Positions 62,955-64,000 of a DNA stretch of 64,000 bases are shown here, in pieces. Numbering within the stretch: the first letter of the stretch is position 1; each line of letters opens with the position of its first letter. This DNA is from Acetobacteraceae bacterium (GTDB taxonomy: Bacteria > Pseudomonadota > Alphaproteobacteria > Acetobacterales > Acetobacteraceae): NCBI GenBank assembly GCA_025354865.1, contig JANXMB010000143.1, positions 5,499 through 69,498 of the forward strand, given 5' to 3'. The notes under the pieces are model-generated. The model had not been told where the DNA came from, did no database searches, and saw nothing but the letters and a program-made list of their open reading frames with translations. The translations under genes and the position numbers were made by a program.

Positions 62955-64000
62955 TTACGCAGCGGCGAGGTCCACGCCGTCCGGTTCGCCGCGCAGTACT
63001 TTCTGCAACGCTTCCGCCAGAGCCACAGCCCGCCGTTCGGTCTCGCCGGTCAGGTTCCGCGCTGCGGCGACTTGCGCCAAATTCAACTCTTCCCGCAACC
63101 GGTGCACATTCAGGAAGCCAAAAATGTGCCACCAACCCGTCGCGGCTTCCGCCGGCATCGCAGCGGCGGCGGCACATTCCGGCAGAGGGACGGGAACCGC
63201 TGCCATAACCTGCCCAACATCCACCGATAGTCCAGCCGACGACAGGTGGTCCATCAGGTCGCCAGAGTCAAGGTTCTCTGCATGCGAAGCCCATTCCCGC
63301 AACGCATCCCGCACCCGCGCCAGGAATCCGGTCAGGTCCAGATCGGCGTATGCATGGTCCACATCGGGCAGCAGCTTCGGATGGCGGATCAAGATGGCGG
63401 TCAGAATGCGACGGCGTTCTTGCGCGGTGGTATCCATGGCGGGGAGGGGCCGGGGCGCCGTGCGCACGGGGGGCAGCGGCGCGAAGCCTTTGCCCGAACG
63501 CCCGACCGGCGGGCGCTTGCGACTGGCGAAGAACCGGTCGAGCAGCGCGCCCCGATATTCGCTGGCCAGCGCTTTGTCGGGAATCCGTCTCGCCGCCTCT
63601 TCCAATCGGGTGCGAAACGCCGCGCGCAATTCCGGGGTCGCATCGCCGCCGGCCTGCCGCAACAAATCGTACAGCGCGTCCACCAGCGGCGCGGCCGCTT
63701 GCAGCACCGCATCGAATCCAGCCTTCCCCTGGCGGCGGACCAGACTGTCCGGATCTTCGCCCGCCGGCAGGGTCGCCAGCTTCAATGTCTTGTCCGGCGC
63801 CAGCATCGGCAATGCCAGTTCGGCTGCCCGAGCGGCGGCTCTGGCCCCGGCGGCGTCGCCATCGAAACAGAGGATCGGCATGGGCGAGAGGTGCCACAAC
63901 TCCCCCATCTGTTCTTCGGTGAGGGCGGTACCGAGCGGCGCGACGGCGCCGGCGAAGCCGGCTTGGGCGAGGGCGATGACGTCCATATAGCCCTCGACCA
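62955..64000 (-). CDS. dnaG: DNA primase DnaG (C-terminal part; N-terminus beyond the window edge)
   Basis: TOPRIM segment PILCFDGDAAGARAA and the C-terminal helicase-interaction region. The frame stays open to position 64000. Canonical dnaG-rpoD order. Confidence 0.9.
   Translation of the reverse strand, partial: VEGYMDVIALAQAGFAGAVAPLGTALTEEQMGELWHLSPMPILCFDGDAAGARAAARAAELALPMLAPDKTLKLATLPAGEDPDSLVRRQGKAGFDAVLQAAAPLVDALYDLLRQAGGDATPELRAAFRTRLEEAARRIPDKALASEYRGALLDRFFASRKRPPVGRSGKGFAPLPPVRTAPRPLPAMDTTAQERRRILTAILIRHPKLLPDVDHAYADLDLTGFLARVRDALREWASHAENLDSGDLMDHLSSAGLSVDVGQVMAAVPVPLPECAAAAAMPAEAATGWWHIFGFLNVHRLREELNLAQVAAARNLTGETERRAVALAEALQKVLRGEPDGVDLAAA

Overview
High-GC bacterial chromosomal segment with strong GC3 bias. 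Gene content and order look alphaproteobacterial, but that is inference. I call 55 protein-coding genes, two of them cut by the window edges. I saw no tRNA, rRNA, CRISPR array, transposase, integrase or phage genes. Housekeeping anchors are purC-purS, glpK, dnaN, recF-gyrB, gltIJKL, hemW and rpoD-dnaG. The rest is mostly oxidoreductases, transporters, a chemoreceptor, a fused 5-oxoprolinase and envelope functions. Many long ORFs in the six-frame track are antisense or off-frame shadows typical of high-GC DNA and were rejected. Several starts were moved to internal or non-ATG codons where N-terminal motifs and Shine-Dalgarno (SD) sequences supported it. Main candidates: (1) The normally contiguous dnaN-recF pair is split by a ~6.5 kb envelope O-acetylation island: an MBOAT, four SGNH-fold genes, a small membrane ORF and an Slt lytic transglycosylase. 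Two of the SGNH genes are unusually small, leaderless paralogs that bracket the island. (2) A leaderless, propeptide-less pepsin-like (A1) aspartic protease, rare in bacteria, sits directly downstream of dnaG-rpoD. It is convergent with a di-heme CCP/MauG-like protein. (3) An orphan nirK carries an extra N-terminal cupredoxin domain and an FNR/NnrR-type box upstream. (4) A membrane J-domain protein encodes J-domain helix I upstream of any canonical start codon. Smaller items: a fused OHCU decarboxylase/HIU hydrolase, tandem VOC paralogs, a tandem repeat that copies the glpK stop region, a perfect 21-bp hairpin, and phased short repeats in an AT-rich spacer before recF. All functional calls come from motifs read by eye. 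No database search was run.
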